NCBI RefSeq assembly: GCF_006345805.1
Contig: NC_043006.1
Coordinates: 77,810,001-77,874,000 of the forward strand
Reading direction: 5' to 3'
DNA from: Octopus sinensis
Lineage: Eukaryota
Length of the DNA stretch: 64,000 bases
The notes under the pieces were generated by a model. That model did no database searches and was not told the origin of the DNA. It worked only from the letters and a program-made list of their open reading frames with translations. The translations under genes were made by a program, and so were the position numbers. This document shows positions 26,559 to 39,499 of the stretch, piece by piece (the first letter of the stretch is position 1; each line of letters opens with the position of its first letter).

Positions 26559-27311
26559 ATATATTTATGTATTATATATAAATGCGTATGTATCTGACGA
26601 TGTAACTTACTCATAAACACCTATTTACAAAACACAGCCGAGGTGCTAACACTAAGCGCAAATCACTAAAAAATTCTTGCCTGAATCACATTCTTCGTGA
26701 TTCAAGAACTAATAAATAATTTTTAAGATATGCCTGAAAGGGGCCGAAATACATTGAACGTAACCGTATAATAGCAACAATATTATTTTTTATGAAAGAG
26801 CAACCGTAAATAGTTCTACTTATAACAAAGTCCCACGCTAATAACGCACCTAGGACGTTTCTAATGACCAATATTACTCACAAATTTGATTGCAATCGCA
26901 AAGGTTGTGTACTTGACGATCCCAATTTTTATGCCGTCTATAAATATACTACAGGTCACTAGATACTGAAAACAAGGAACGTTCATAATGCTGTGAAATG
27001 ACATGGACATAAGTGAAACTAGATAAGCTTAAGCCTGTACATAATTCGCTAGAGAAATAGGATACTAAATATGGAAGCAATGCTGATATAAGAGCAGAAT
27101 GCGAAAATAAACGTAAACAGCATAGGCTTGTCAGCAAAAATAAAATAAAACACTTTCTGAATTGGGAAGCAAAATACTAATGAACAAAAATCTTATTGTT
27201 GATAACAGGGGAACCCGCGTTGATAATGAAATGTATCGGTAAAGACACAGGCTATCATCAATCCCTTCATCCAAATATAAGAACCCAAAGTTGATAAGTA
27301 TTGCTGGTGTA

Positions 27312-27766
27312 TACTCTTTTACTCTTTTACTCTTTTACTTTTTTCAGTTATTTGAGTGCGGCCATGCTGGAGCTTCCCGCTTTAGTCGAGAAAATCGATC
27401 ACAGGACTTATTCTTTGTAAGCTTCGTACTTATTCAATCGGTCGCTTTCGCCGAACAGCTAAGTTACGAGGACGTAAACACACCAGCATCGGTTGTCAAG
27501 CGATGTTGGAGGAACAAACACAGACACAAAAACATATACACAGACTCACACACACACACACGCATACACACATATGTATATATGTATATATATACACATA
27601 TATACGACGGGCTTCTTTCAGTTTCCGTCTACCAAATCCACTCACAAGGCTTTGATCGGCCCGAAGCTATAGTAGAAACACTTGCCCAAGGTGCCACGTA
27701 GTGGGACTGAACCAGGAACTATGTGGTTGGTAAGCAAGCTACTTACCACACAGCCACTCCTGCGCC
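27312..27766 (-). mobile_element. SINE family A, full length
   Basis: RC head accacacagccactcctgcgcc; tail (tactcttt)n. Confidence 0.92.
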
Positions 27767-28105
27767 TATATCTTGAAATAAATTTCATATAACCAAACAG
27801 TGAAAAGTTCACACAGAAATAGTAAGTAACAACAACGTTTTTTCTTTTAATTTCTGCGCATGTCACAGTTACTTTATATCCGTTCCTTCTTGCATTTGCT
27901 CTATTTTGTTTTTGTTCATAATTCCAAATGGAACAGTGTTAGGAATTTGTAATAATATGGTCTCAGAATGGATTATACTCTCATTCGTAAAGATTTTTTT
28001 GGGTTGAGTTACTATGAATAAGTAATCTGTTTTTAAATCACACATACACAACCTACCCATAAACACTCACACAGAGACTCTGAAACATACATTTATATAT
28101 ATATA

Positions 28106-28194
<89 letters not shown>

Positions 28195-30282
28195 TGGTGT
28201 GGTGTTTTGTGTGTGTGTGTGTGTGTTTGTGTGTGTGTGTATGTGTGTGTGTGTGTGTGTGGTGTGTGTGTGTGTACTAGCCTACGCATGCGTATATTTC
28301 TTTCTTAATATGTATGCGTATCTATTCCTCACGAGAACCCTTTGAAAACTCACAGAATATGGCGAAAGGCATTTGTAAATCAACCAAATTAATAATTATG
28401 AAGTACAAACAGTGTGTTTTATTTTCTTTAAACACAATGAATATTATTATCACGAAATATATTATATAGACATAGGTGTCTGTATGTTGTGTGTGTTCGT
28501 GTGTATTTGTGTGTGAGAGAGTTTTGTGTGTGTGCATGCGTGCGTGTGTGTGTATGTGTGTGTGTGAAAGTTGGGCAGACATACAGCGGGCACACGCTCA
28601 GTTTGCCTCAATGAAGTTCATCTTAGAAGAAACCGCTCAACCAAACGTTATGGTAGAATATACCTGTCTATTGTGTCACACAGCCTTTTCCAGATTGAAA
28701 GCACTTAGTTACAAAAGGAACGCCTTACTCATGAACTCATTGGATGGAAAACACAAGCAGATTTATATTATTATAAAATCTACTACGTTCCTGAATGTTT
28801 CTATTTAATATTAAGGAGAGTAGGTAGCTATTTTCTGTGCTTCATTAATTTAATTGGGGGAATTGTAGTACAATGAACATCTACAGTTTTGTTCCAATAC
28901 TCCAATGTCTTCATAAATGTGTTCCTTGCACCATATCACAAGATTTATGTGCCGTAAGACTGATTATGAAAGGCTCCACACAATCCGTCCTCCAATACGT
29001 TGTTTCTCACGGCGAGTATCTGGGTATTATTAGCAGAGCAAAATATATGCAAACACGCAGCCAATGCAAAAACTAAATAATAAGTTATCGTCAGTTAAGA
29101 TGATTGATCGGGCACACCTAAAATGGGCTTGGGTTGATCAAAAGCGGATTGACAGATTTTACTTTTTTTGCAGTTTAATGAAGATCGTTGTGAACTTTTA
29201 ACCATGACGAAGGAAAAAGTATGGTGAAAATTATTTTCCAGTCTTCTCGTTAATAAACTCAGTGGTGGTGTAGAGTAATGACTCCTTTAATGGCAACTGG
29301 TATAATTCGCCCTATTCACATAATATCCGCAAGTGGTTGATCTGTGTTACATTATTGCTTTTGCTGATTATAAACATTAACTCTAGGACAATTAAAAAGA
29401 GGTCTCATTTTTTGTCAGGATTAACCAACTAGCTTCTTTCACTCTTGACCCTTTCGTCATCCATACGCAAAATCTGGCTTTGAATAGGGTTGCATTTAAC
29501 ACGCTGTGTATCATCGATATGACAGCTTACCAGTAATTGAGAGTATGAAGTGCAATCCTCACTGATCCTGGCCGGGATTTAATTATATCTTGCTACAAAA
29601 TTTGCCGTCTTGCTTGCATTTAATACTAAAACTTGACAGGCTTTTATACAGATTAGCTTAATTACGCTATATTACCGGCACCCCTAACGATTAATTTACT
29701 TTTGATAATGAACAGTTAGCACATAACGAAGGAGACGGGATTTCTCTTGATAAGAAATACTCTAGGAAATGCTTAATTGCGTATACAGTGGGTGGCCACT
29801 AAACTTATCATCAATCTGAAGTTTATATGAAGATTTTCTCTGAGAGATTAGTGTTTCAACAATCATACACTCCATTATTCTACCATCAAGCAATTCGTGA
29901 TAATCTAATACCATGATGTATGATTCAATAAAATTTTGTAAATAAACACCGAATGCGTCGAATGTTTCGTTTTTACAGGCAAGAAAGCAATACATCCAAC
30001 GTAGTATAGCCGTAACAAAAGCAGAGAGATTGGGTATTTAACCCTTAGAGTAAAGGAAAAGTTGACAGAAGACAGCCACAGGAAAGTCTTTGCATTAAAA
30101 CATGGATAGAAACTGTTAATTCCTAATTTACTTTTTGTTTCTCACGTCCTAAAGAAAATTCAATTTTAATATTTTAGTATATTGAAACGGTTATATTTTA
30201 AAACACTCACTGTAACAAAAATATTAAAATTCTCTAAAATATACTTTTGTACTTTTTCTAACTGTATTTCCGTTTTTAACTA

Positions 30283-30436
30283 TACTGTTGTGTCTGAGGA
30301 GAGTCATTCTCGTCAGTACCTTATAATTTTACACACACACCTGTCAAATTTCCTTCTTTATTTTTCTAGAATTTTCGTTGCGTTATGCAACCTTTTCAAT
30401 AGTTGTTGACTCTGTGCGTTATTCAAACTGCGTGTT
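30283..30436. repeat. Interspersed repeat (second copy about 35952-36122)
   Basis: Shared tgtgtct..ggagagtcatt..gtaccttataat..ttttcgttgc..tgcaaccttttcaa..ttgactctg. Confidence 0.7.
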
Positions 30437-30596
30437 AGTAGAGTATGGAGGACTGATTTTGCCGTCATATTGTCTCAAGTGTCATTTAGTCGTTCCGCAA
30501 AGCTCCTAGATGTCTTCCCTATGTATGTTATGTTCATGTCTTTACAAGCAGCTTCTATGCCTCTTATGATGTAATGCCAGGACTAATCCTACATAC

Positions 30597-31121
30597 CATA
30601 TCGACCCCTGTGCGTAACTGGTATATATTTCATCGACCCCGAAAGTATGAAAGGCAAAGTCGACCTCAGCGGAATTTGAACTCAGAACGTAACGGCAAAC
30701 GAAATACCGATTTCTTTACTACCCACAAGGGGCTAAACACAGAGGGGACAAACAAGGACAGAGAACGGATTAAGTCGATTATATCGACCCCAGTGCGTAA
30801 CTGGTATTTATTTAATCGACCCCGAAAGGATGAAAGGCAAAATCGACCTTGGCGGAATATGAACTCAGAACATAGCGGCAGACGAAATACCTATTTCTTT
30901 ATTACACACAAGGGGCTAAACACCGAGAGGACAAACAAGGACAGACAAAGGTATTAAGTCTATTATATCAACCCCAGTGCGTAACTGGTACTTGATTTAT
31001 GGACCCCGAAAGGATGAAAAGCAAAGTCGAATTCGGCGGAATTTGAACTCAGAACGTACGGCAGACAAAATACGGCTACGCATTTCCCCCGGCGGGCTGA
31101 CGTTTCTACCAGCTCGCCGCC
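30597..31121 (-). mobile_element. SINE family B tandem trimer
   Basis: One head (cagctcgccgcc ending at 31121) and three ~180-bp units with cgaccccgaaaggatgaaaggcaaagtcgac. Confidence 0.9.
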
Positions 31122-31873
31122 CTAGCAGAAAAAAATATATGCAAACGCTCAGTCAATGATACGACTAAATAATCTGTTCATTAAATCATAAACCAGACAT
31201 CACAGTTATAAAGAGGAAAACCTCGGTGGCAAATTATCACCGGCAAGCTGCTGCCTCTGAAGAGATATTACGTGTACAAATTAATAGATCGGCTAAAAGT
31301 AATATAGTATTAATAAATAACCCATAGGGTGCAATGTGCTCATAAATCGGAATATCGATTTGTTCTTAATTTAGATACTTTTTCTATAAATTTTTTCCTG
31401 ATCATCAGCTGACCTGACACTATTTTTGGGTTATTTTAATGACCCGAACAATGTTTGGAAAATATAGCGATTTAAATGGCTACCATTAATCTTCATTGTT
31501 GGAGTCATCAGGAGATTAGAGACCATTAGATGGAGAAAAGATGATGGAGACTGAAGTAACTACAGAGTGTATATGAGATGAGTATGAGCGCTCGCGTGTG
31601 CGTGTGTGCACGCGAAGGTGTGAGCGTGTATATATATATGTGTGTGTGTGTTGATATGCATATGTGTGGTTTTCGTTTCTCGTTGTATTCTACGTTTATT
31701 TGTGGTGTCCTGTAGTCATATATATATATACATATGCATGTATATATACATATAGATGTAGGTTCATATATGTATGTATGTATGCATATGTTTTATTTGT
31801 TAAATTGTTATTATATGACTGAGCGCCTCGCGTCGTTTCGTTTCTTATCCTCGAAGTAAGTTTATATATATAT

Positions 31874-31907
<34 letters not shown>

Positions 31908-31909
31908 AT

Positions 31910-32467
31910 AAAATATTAGGGAATAAATCCAAACTTACAGGGGAAAATCAGATTTAGGAGTGAATCCAATTTTATAGTAAAAATATATATTATATTAAAT
32001 TAGAGATAAAACCACTATTAGGCAAATCAAACAATGAAAAACTTAAGCCAATACATAAAATTAATTAATTTATATATTTTAAATATATATCAAAGGTTTA
32101 AAGTTAATAAAAGATAATGAGTAAAACATACGATCGTTTCATGGCTGTCCAATTTCGTAATAATTCGAGTTATGGTACAGTCAATCTTAAGGTAATGAAA
32201 TATTTATCTTAGCGATAAATATTCATTGCTAAACCTCGCTAATATAAATATTTCAATTACCTGAAGATTACTGTAACCATAACTCGAATTATTACGAATT
32301 AGACAGCCTGAAACGATCGTAGTGTTTTACTCATTATCTTTTATTAAACTTTTAATACTTTTGATATATATTTAAAATAATATAAATTAATTAATGTTAT
32401 GTATTGGCTTAAGTTTTTCATTGTTTGTTTTGCCTAATAGTGGTTTTATCTCTAATTTAATATAATA

Positions 32468-32470
<3 letters not shown>
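31910..32470. mobile_element. Fold-back element (arms about 31984-32215 / 32236-32470) with hammerhead motifs, in (TA)n
   Basis: ttagagataaaaccactattaggc ... gcctaatagtggttttatctctaa reverse-complement arms; loop taaatattcattgctaaacc. Confidence 0.85.
32255..32327 (+). ncRNA. Type-I hammerhead ribozyme (stem II partly decayed); mirror copy 32126-32195 (-)
   Basis: aattac-CTGAAGA(32261)-ttactgt..acagcct-GAAA-cgatcg-TA-gtgttt; the other arm keeps stem II tgactgt.cca/tggacagcca. Confidence 0.7.
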
Positions 32471-32503
<33 letters not shown>

Positions 32504-32512
32504 TATACATTA

Positions 32513-32940
32513 GGCGCAATAGTGACTGTGTGGTAAGTAGCTTGCTTACCAAACACATGGTTCTGGGTTCAGTCCCACTGCGTAGCACCTTGGGCAAGTG
32601 TCTTCTACTATAGCCTCGGGCCGACCAAAGCCTTTTGAGTGGATTTGGTAGACGGAAACTGAAAGAATCCCGTCGTATATATATATATATATATGCGTGT
32701 GTGTGTGTGCGTGTGTGTGCGTGTTTGTGTGACTGTATTTGCCCCCAACAACGCTTGACACATGATGCAGGTGTGTCTACGTCACCGTCGTCTTAGCAGT
32801 TCGGCGAAAGAGACCGATAGAATAAGTACTAAGCTTACAAAGAATAAGTCATGGGGTCGATTTGCTCGACTAAAGTTGGTGCTCCAGCATGGCCGCAGTC
32901 AAATGACTAAAAAAATTAAAGAATAGAAAAAAGAAAAGAA
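32513..32940 (+). mobile_element. SINE family A
   Basis: Head ggcgcaatagtgactgtgtggtaagtagcttgc; tail cagcatggccgcagtcaaatgact. Confidence 0.9.
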
Positions 32941-33242
32941 TAATGTAAGTTACGTCAAAGCAATGAATTAAGTTGGATGAGAAAGGAATAAATAAATGAG
33001 ATTATAAAAACGAGATAAGATAAATGAAATGGAATAAATAGGGAGTAATGATGAAGTATAATGCCTGGTGATAAACGTGCTAGAATGTATTAAACAGATA
33101 GGTTTTGAAACCAGTTTGTTCTTGAAAAATACTGTACAAATGAAAACAATGCAAAGAAACATTCTGTGGCTGGAAGTGATATAGTCAGAAGAGGGTAGAT
33201 TGAGAAAGCTAAAAATGGCTTGTACTACCGTAATATATTTAA

Positions 33243-33472
33243 GGCGGCGAGCTGGCAGAAACGTTAGCACGCCGGGCGAAATGCGTAGCCGTATTTCGTC
33301 TGCCGCTACGTTCTGAGTTCAAAATCCGCCGAGGTCTACTTTGCCTTTCATCCTTTCGGAGTCGATTAAATAAGTACCAGTTACGCACTGGGGTCGATAT
33401 AATCGACTTAATCCCTTTGTCTGTCCTTGTTTGTCCTTCTCTATGTTTACCCCCTTGTGGGTAGTAAAGAAA
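33243..33472 (+). mobile_element. SINE family B, full length
   Basis: ggcggcgagctggcagaaacgttagcacgccgggcg ... gggtagtaaagaaa. Confidence 0.92.
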
Positions 33473-33482
33473 TATATATTTT

Positions 33483-33774
33483 GTTTTGTTTGTTCCTTCT
33501 CGAGTCATGTCTGCGGTCTCCGGTTTCTTGGAGTGTAGGTTCCCAACCTGGACGGGACGCCGGTCCATCGCAGGTGAGCTGCAAGATGCAGGGGGAAAGA
33601 GTGAGAGAAAGTTGTGGCGAAAGAGTCAGCAGAAGTTTGCCATTACCTTATGCTGGAGCCGCGTGGAGCTTAGGTGTTTTGCTCATAAACACACATATCG
33701 CCTGTCTGAGATTTGAACCCGCGATCCCTCGACCGCGAGTCCGCTGCTCTAACCACTAGGCCATGTGCCTCCAC
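33483..33774 (-). mobile_element. SINE family C (tail type 2)
   Basis: RC head gtggaggcacatggcctagtggttagagc..gggttcaaatc (tRNA A/B boxes); 3' part cctgcgatggaccggcgtcccgtccagg. Confidence 0.88.
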
Positions 33775-33889
33775 ACCGTAATATATTAAGAAGGCAAAGT
33801 AAAATATTTGTGTCAGACGGTAAAGTTTTTAAGTAATTTAAAGATACTAATCAGTTGGGATCTTACAGTAAGTGAAACTTTTCCTCTGA

Positions 33890-34121
33890 GTGTTTATTGA
33901 GCGAAAAGATCTAAAAGCTACACGCGGCTCCGGCAGGAGGTGGTGGCGATCCCTGCTGTACTCTTTCGCCACAACTTTCTCTCACTCTTTCTCCTGTTGA
34001 CCTGCTGCTCGCTTAGCCAGCGGGGTGGCGTCATTTGAGGGCTGAAACAATGCGAAGCGGATTGTGACCAGCGATGTGTAGCAACATCTGATAGCCAGGT
34101 CGGTCGCGGTGATCACGGTGA
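33890..34121 (+). mobile_element. SINE family C (tail type 1), 5'-truncated
   Basis: ctgctgtactctttcgccacaactttctctc ... ggtcggtcgcggtgatcacggtga. Confidence 0.85.
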
Positions 34122-35731
34122 TATATATATATATTTACACATACATACATATATACATACATACATCTCTGTGTGTGTATATAAGAATGTATATGCGTAA
34201 GTGAAATTAAGACCGCTCAAACAGATATGTGTTTATATAAAGGTATATGGGCAAATGGATGAGAAGTCTTCTCTAGCCAAATGGTTTTTTTTTAGTATAT
34301 CTCGTGCCCATCATCGGCAAGTGTGTTTTTGCTGTAAATTCCCAGCAATCCTTGATGTTTGAATATAATTATGAAGAAGCAAAAACTTTGGAACCACATC
34401 TGATAGACTCTATGAAATTCGTAATTCCAGGTGGCGAATGAAGAATGAAAAAGAGAAGAAAATAATTGAGTTATTTGAAGTGATATATTTGTATGATTAA
34501 TGTGTGTGGTGCATGATGTGGAGATTTGCAGACGATTGGTAGATGAAAAGGAGTGACTGTAGCCATGAGGAAACAGCTTGTTCAGATATAAATAGAAATG
34601 GATAGAGAGAAATTTACGCTTGTTGTGACATAGATACACAAGTACACAAATGCATGTGGTAGGGAAATGATGTTTAAAGAAAGCACGCAGAGAATTGTTA
34701 TCAATAACGGATAATCGATAATTGTATAGTAATATGTGTTTAGAGTTCAAAATGAAGGTCAGTCAGAATGGACAGAATGCCATACTATAATCCGCGACAG
34801 GAAGTGTAGAAAGGGCAAAGCGTATTCCTAGCACATATTGTGCTGTCTAATTCGCGCAGATTGCCCAATAATAAACACAAAGTATACACGTTGTTGCACG
34901 AGTATTAGAAAACCGAATCTCACATGATGTTAATGCAGATGTAAATCACAGCCATTCACCTTACTAGAGAAATAAATTCTGTTGACATCAGTATTGATTT
35001 TGGAAATTTCAGCAACACTAACACATTTTATATCTATCTCGCAACTTATATCTAGTCAATGCTTCAGAAGCCCAAATTTTCGTCAGGAAAGTCATTGCAA
35101 ACGAATTGACAGTGTTTATTTTATTTTCTAATTATTTGATATTTATATTGAATACGTTTTACTGAGTCCCAAAGAAACGCGTGTCATAAATTGCCTATTA
35201 TCTCAGAAATGCAGAATGAACACAATTCATCTTAACTCCCATTTAAACCAAACGATCTACACCAGTGGACAATTTTATTACATCAACATCATATATCAGA
35301 GAAGTTCCCTGACAGTTTCCCAGTCTTTTTCTTGATCAAATAACTTCCATTTTATTAAACGTAGAGTTACAAAATCTACAGACGACGCTAAACTATGGAA
35401 AATGTTATTTCGTACTTTTACAACTAACGCAATCTTTATTCTTTATTCTCAAATCAACATGTATTTGATTATTTATCTTCCCAACCAAATACGCAATATT
35501 TTAGGAATATACTATGGTTATGAATTATATATATATTTTCAGTGACTAGCATACATATGCAAATAAATAATCACCTACATTGATTAAATAAATGACCTAC
35601 TACGAGCCTACACATGCATACATACACAAACACACACATATGTACGTATTGTACGTATATATATCATATAATATATATATATATATATAATATCTATATA
35701 TATAATATAGTATTATAATATATTATATATA

Positions 35732-35892
35732 TACTACCCACAAGGGGCCAAACACAAAGAGGCACAAACAAGGACAGACAAAGGGATTAAGTCGATTACA
35801 TCGACCCCAGTGCGCAACTGGTACTTAATTTATCGACCCCGAAAGGATGAAAGGCAAAGTCGACCTCGGCGGAATTTGAACTCAGACGTAAC

Positions 35893-35893
<1 letters not shown>
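35732..35893 (-). mobile_element. SINE family B, 5'-truncated
   Basis: tatcgaccccgaaaggatgaaaggcaaagtcgacctcggcggaatttgaactcag. Confidence 0.9.
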
Positions 35894-35952
<59 letters not shown>

Positions 35953-36339
35953 ACTATTGTGTCTATGGAGAGTCATTTTCTTTTTGTACCTTATAATGTA
36001 ACACATTCATCGGTAAAATTTCCACTTATTTCTTATCTTTTATTTTCCAAATATTTTCGTTGCATCTTGCAACCTTTTCAACAACCTTGACTCTGTCTCT
36101 GTCAGTTATTTACACTGCGTTACTTTTGTTTGTTTGTGCGCATGTGTGGGGGTCAGTGTACGTATGCCTATGCATGGATGCATGCACCATTGTATGTGTG
36201 TATGTATGTATGTGTATGTGTATATGTGTGTGTGTGCATCTGTATGTATGTATCCAGTTCCACCTTATCAATGCTTATTCTATGGAGCAAATTGTGCTGC
36301 AACCAAGCAGGGCAAACAATATACTGCTTCACAAACAAT

Positions 36340-36735
36340 TTGAACATCATGTTAAATAGACACCGATGCTGGTCTCGGATAAGCAACATAATAGAGCTGT
36401 CTGTTTATGCACAAAAATACCGTACAGATGTACAGCTTATGCGAAACTCCTAAAATCTCTCCAAATGGAACTAGAAGTTAATTGAGAAATAGATCCTCAA
36501 ACAGGATTGGTCCAAATGTCTCTCCACACCAGACATTTACACGAAACAAATATTTCATTGTCATAATGCAAGTTATATGTGAGAAATATATCCCAGAGCG
36601 CAGGGCCAACATACACAAAAACAGGATTCCTAGGGAAAAGAAGATACTTATAAGACATCGGACAAAGATTGCGAACCGCCCAAAAGTGTTGAGAAGTCTC
36701 GCCTGAAGAGAGTGCTGTAGGAGATTGAGAACAGT
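36340..36735 (+). mobile_element. Decayed fragment of a LINE related to 1497-3940 (EN/linker region)
   Basis: VICEKYIPERRANIHKNRIPREKKILIRHRTKIANR aligns with AVCQRYVPEHKAKTNRSKIPRDRKILMRRWTKVANR (ORF 3282..3677). Confidence 0.8.
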
Positions 36736-36736
36736 T

Positions 36737-36938
36737 ATTAAAATTATAATTTAGGGTATCTAAGTGATACCACAATGCTTCTGGAATTATCTAGTAATTT
36801 TCTTGCTAGTTTATTTTACCTTCTTGTCTTCTCTCCTGGTGCTGTATGAACTTTTAATGTGCTTTTAGAGTTAGATTTTCGCTTCTATTTCAAGCGTGGT
36901 GTTATCTCTTTGATACCCTAAATTATAATTTTAATAAT
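36737..36938. repeat. Inverted repeat (about 44-bp arms, about 110-bp spacer)
   Basis: ttattaaaattataatttagggtatc / gataccctaaattataattttaataa. Confidence 0.8.
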
Positions 36939-37054
36939 AATTATTACATTTGCAGGTTTTTATTCCCATGCTGGCCACTTGATAAGTTCGATATTTAAAT
37001 AACGATCTTATCCTTATATATATATATATATATATATTATAGTGATATATATAT

Positions 37055-37096
<42 letters not shown>

Positions 37097-37337
37097 TATA
37101 TATATATGTATGTATATTATGTATATTATGTATGTATGTATAATACTTTGCATTTACCGTATCTTCGCGTTGTTTTTTGGGCTTTTACTAGTTTTTTAAT
37201 TAATTATTTATATATATATATATATACACACAATATCAAACGCATACACAAGGTATGTGACCTGCTAGTTCGTGGTAGGCTGCGCTTATAGGCATAAGAA
37301 ATTATATTCTCGTCAATGTGCTTGTTATTAAAACATT

Positions 37338-37576
37338 TAGAAATCATAGACAAGCGAGATAACTCGCATCACGTCCCATTCAAGAGCAATAACCACAGAT
37401 GATTCTTTTTCGTGATGCATACCCGAACGAGGACAGATGCAAGCTAAATCGCTGTCTATGACTATATGCAAAATGGTGTCAACTGGTATCTCTACTGGTT
37501 TATCCCAACGTTTCATACCACCGAAAAAAATCAAACACGACCTGATGCGAGTTATCTCGCGTGTCTATATTCTCTA
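37338..37576. mobile_element. MITE-like element with about 35-bp imperfect TIRs
   Basis: atagacaagcgagataactcgcatcacgtc / gacctgatgcgagttatctcgcgtgtctat. Confidence 0.65.
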
Positions 37577-37789
37577 TGTGCAATGCACTCATAGTTGTGT
37601 ACTTATGCATTAAACTATAGCTTAATCGAAGCTTCAGAAAATAACTTCATTGCACTTTTGAAGGTACGATAAAAGAGAGAGAGAGAGGGAGGGACAGACA
37701 CATAGACATACAGAGAAGAGAGAAAAAGATAGTGTGTGTGTGAGAGAGAGATGGAGTCTGTATATGCATTAGTGAGTGAGTGAATGAAT

Positions 37790-37854
<65 letters not shown>

Positions 37855-38583
37855 TAAATTGTTTTTATTAGACTATAGATACATTTGAGGAAAAGAGAAT
37901 ACGATCGATTCAAAACTTAAAACAGCGATCACATTGGGAATCTGCCGGCTCCGTAATAATATATAATCTCACATCTGTTTAATATGGCCGCCTTTAGTTG
38001 AATACAGAAAGCTGTAAATAAAGTTAAGACGAGATGATGCTGTCTTTGATTCGTAAAGAATTAATTCTCAATAAACGACAACAGCAGAGAAAGCAGTTAT
38101 AGGATATTAGTTCTGTTTTCAGTATTTGCCAGGCTTGACGTTCGTAATATTAATAATGCGTATCTCAATAAATAGTACTTAAGATATTTCTTTTTATTAC
38201 CAAAATACTAATCGTTTTCGGAGACTTTACTCTAATGCTTGTCTATGCATTATCATCTGTCTATTTCTGTCTTTCTGTGTCTTTAAGTATTTGCGGATTT
38301 GCGTAGTGAGTATGTGTGTTTTTCTTCTGTTAAAGTAGATGTTAAGCTAAAATACTGAATATTTATTTCTATTGAACAGATAACAGATAGTGGCCCACGT
38401 CTTTCATTTACAGGTTGCGCTATAGTCAATTACTGCAGCTGTACCTACTCCTTTACCAACACATTGGTAAAAATATACAATAGACCTAGAAGGAAACTGA
38501 ACAGAGGAGTAGCGATCTACATGACAAGTTTTATTACACGTAGCGGAAATGCTATTTTGTGTGCCTGTATATATATACATATG

Positions 38584-38678
<95 letters not shown>

Positions 38679-39043
38679 GTGTGTGTGTATGTGTGTGTGT
38701 ATACACAAATGCATTCATAAATACCGGCGAGTCCTATATGCGCAATTAGCGATTTACGTTCAAATACGTTTCAATATATGTGAGGGTCTGCGGTGTGTAC
38801 GTGTGGTTGTTTTCGGTTTATCAACTCATGCATCCATTCATAGAGAGATAAGCGGATATATAAATAGAGATAAATTTAAAGATGTATTCATGAATCGATT
38901 GATAAATCGCAATTGCTCTTTTACAGATGCGTTTCCGACCCCTCTTTCCCTAACCCTATCGATCTTCATTTTAAAATATTTTACTCCAGGCTTCTATCTA
39001 CATTTTTATCTTCTTCTTAAGCTTTACACACACTTCTACACTT

Positions 39044-39091
<48 letters not shown>

Positions 39092-39499
39092 TCACACACA
39101 CATACAGAATCTCTTTCGAAAACGTGTGAATTGGGTAATACTCATTGTATTTTTCCCAACTTTTGGATTCGTAACAGGAAAATGTTCAGTTAATGACATC
39201 CACAGCTACACTCGTATCTCCAGACAATCAGACTGTTTGCTTAATGGCAATGTCAATTCATGAAATTTATTGAGACTTGAAATTATTTCCCTTCCATAGT
39301 CAGAATTATTCGGCATTGGCACAGATCATTTGTTATCTCATCAATCGGAGAGAGAATAATTTCACTAAATAAAGTGTTTATAAAGTTATGAATTATGGTA
39401 TTTGACAAAACCCCATTCGTTTTATCTGCCGATTACCACATTGACTTGCTTCTCTTTGTCCCATTTCTTTTACACTATAGGTGTGTGCGTGTATGTGTA

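Noticed and set aside
30597-31121. CRISPR-like repeat array
   Set aside because: Units are SINE bodies without unique spacers; eukaryotic context, no cas genes
34292-34750. 152-aa minus ORF as a host exon
   Set aside because: No recognisable domain; more likely a very old LINE endonuclease remnant, but too decayed to call
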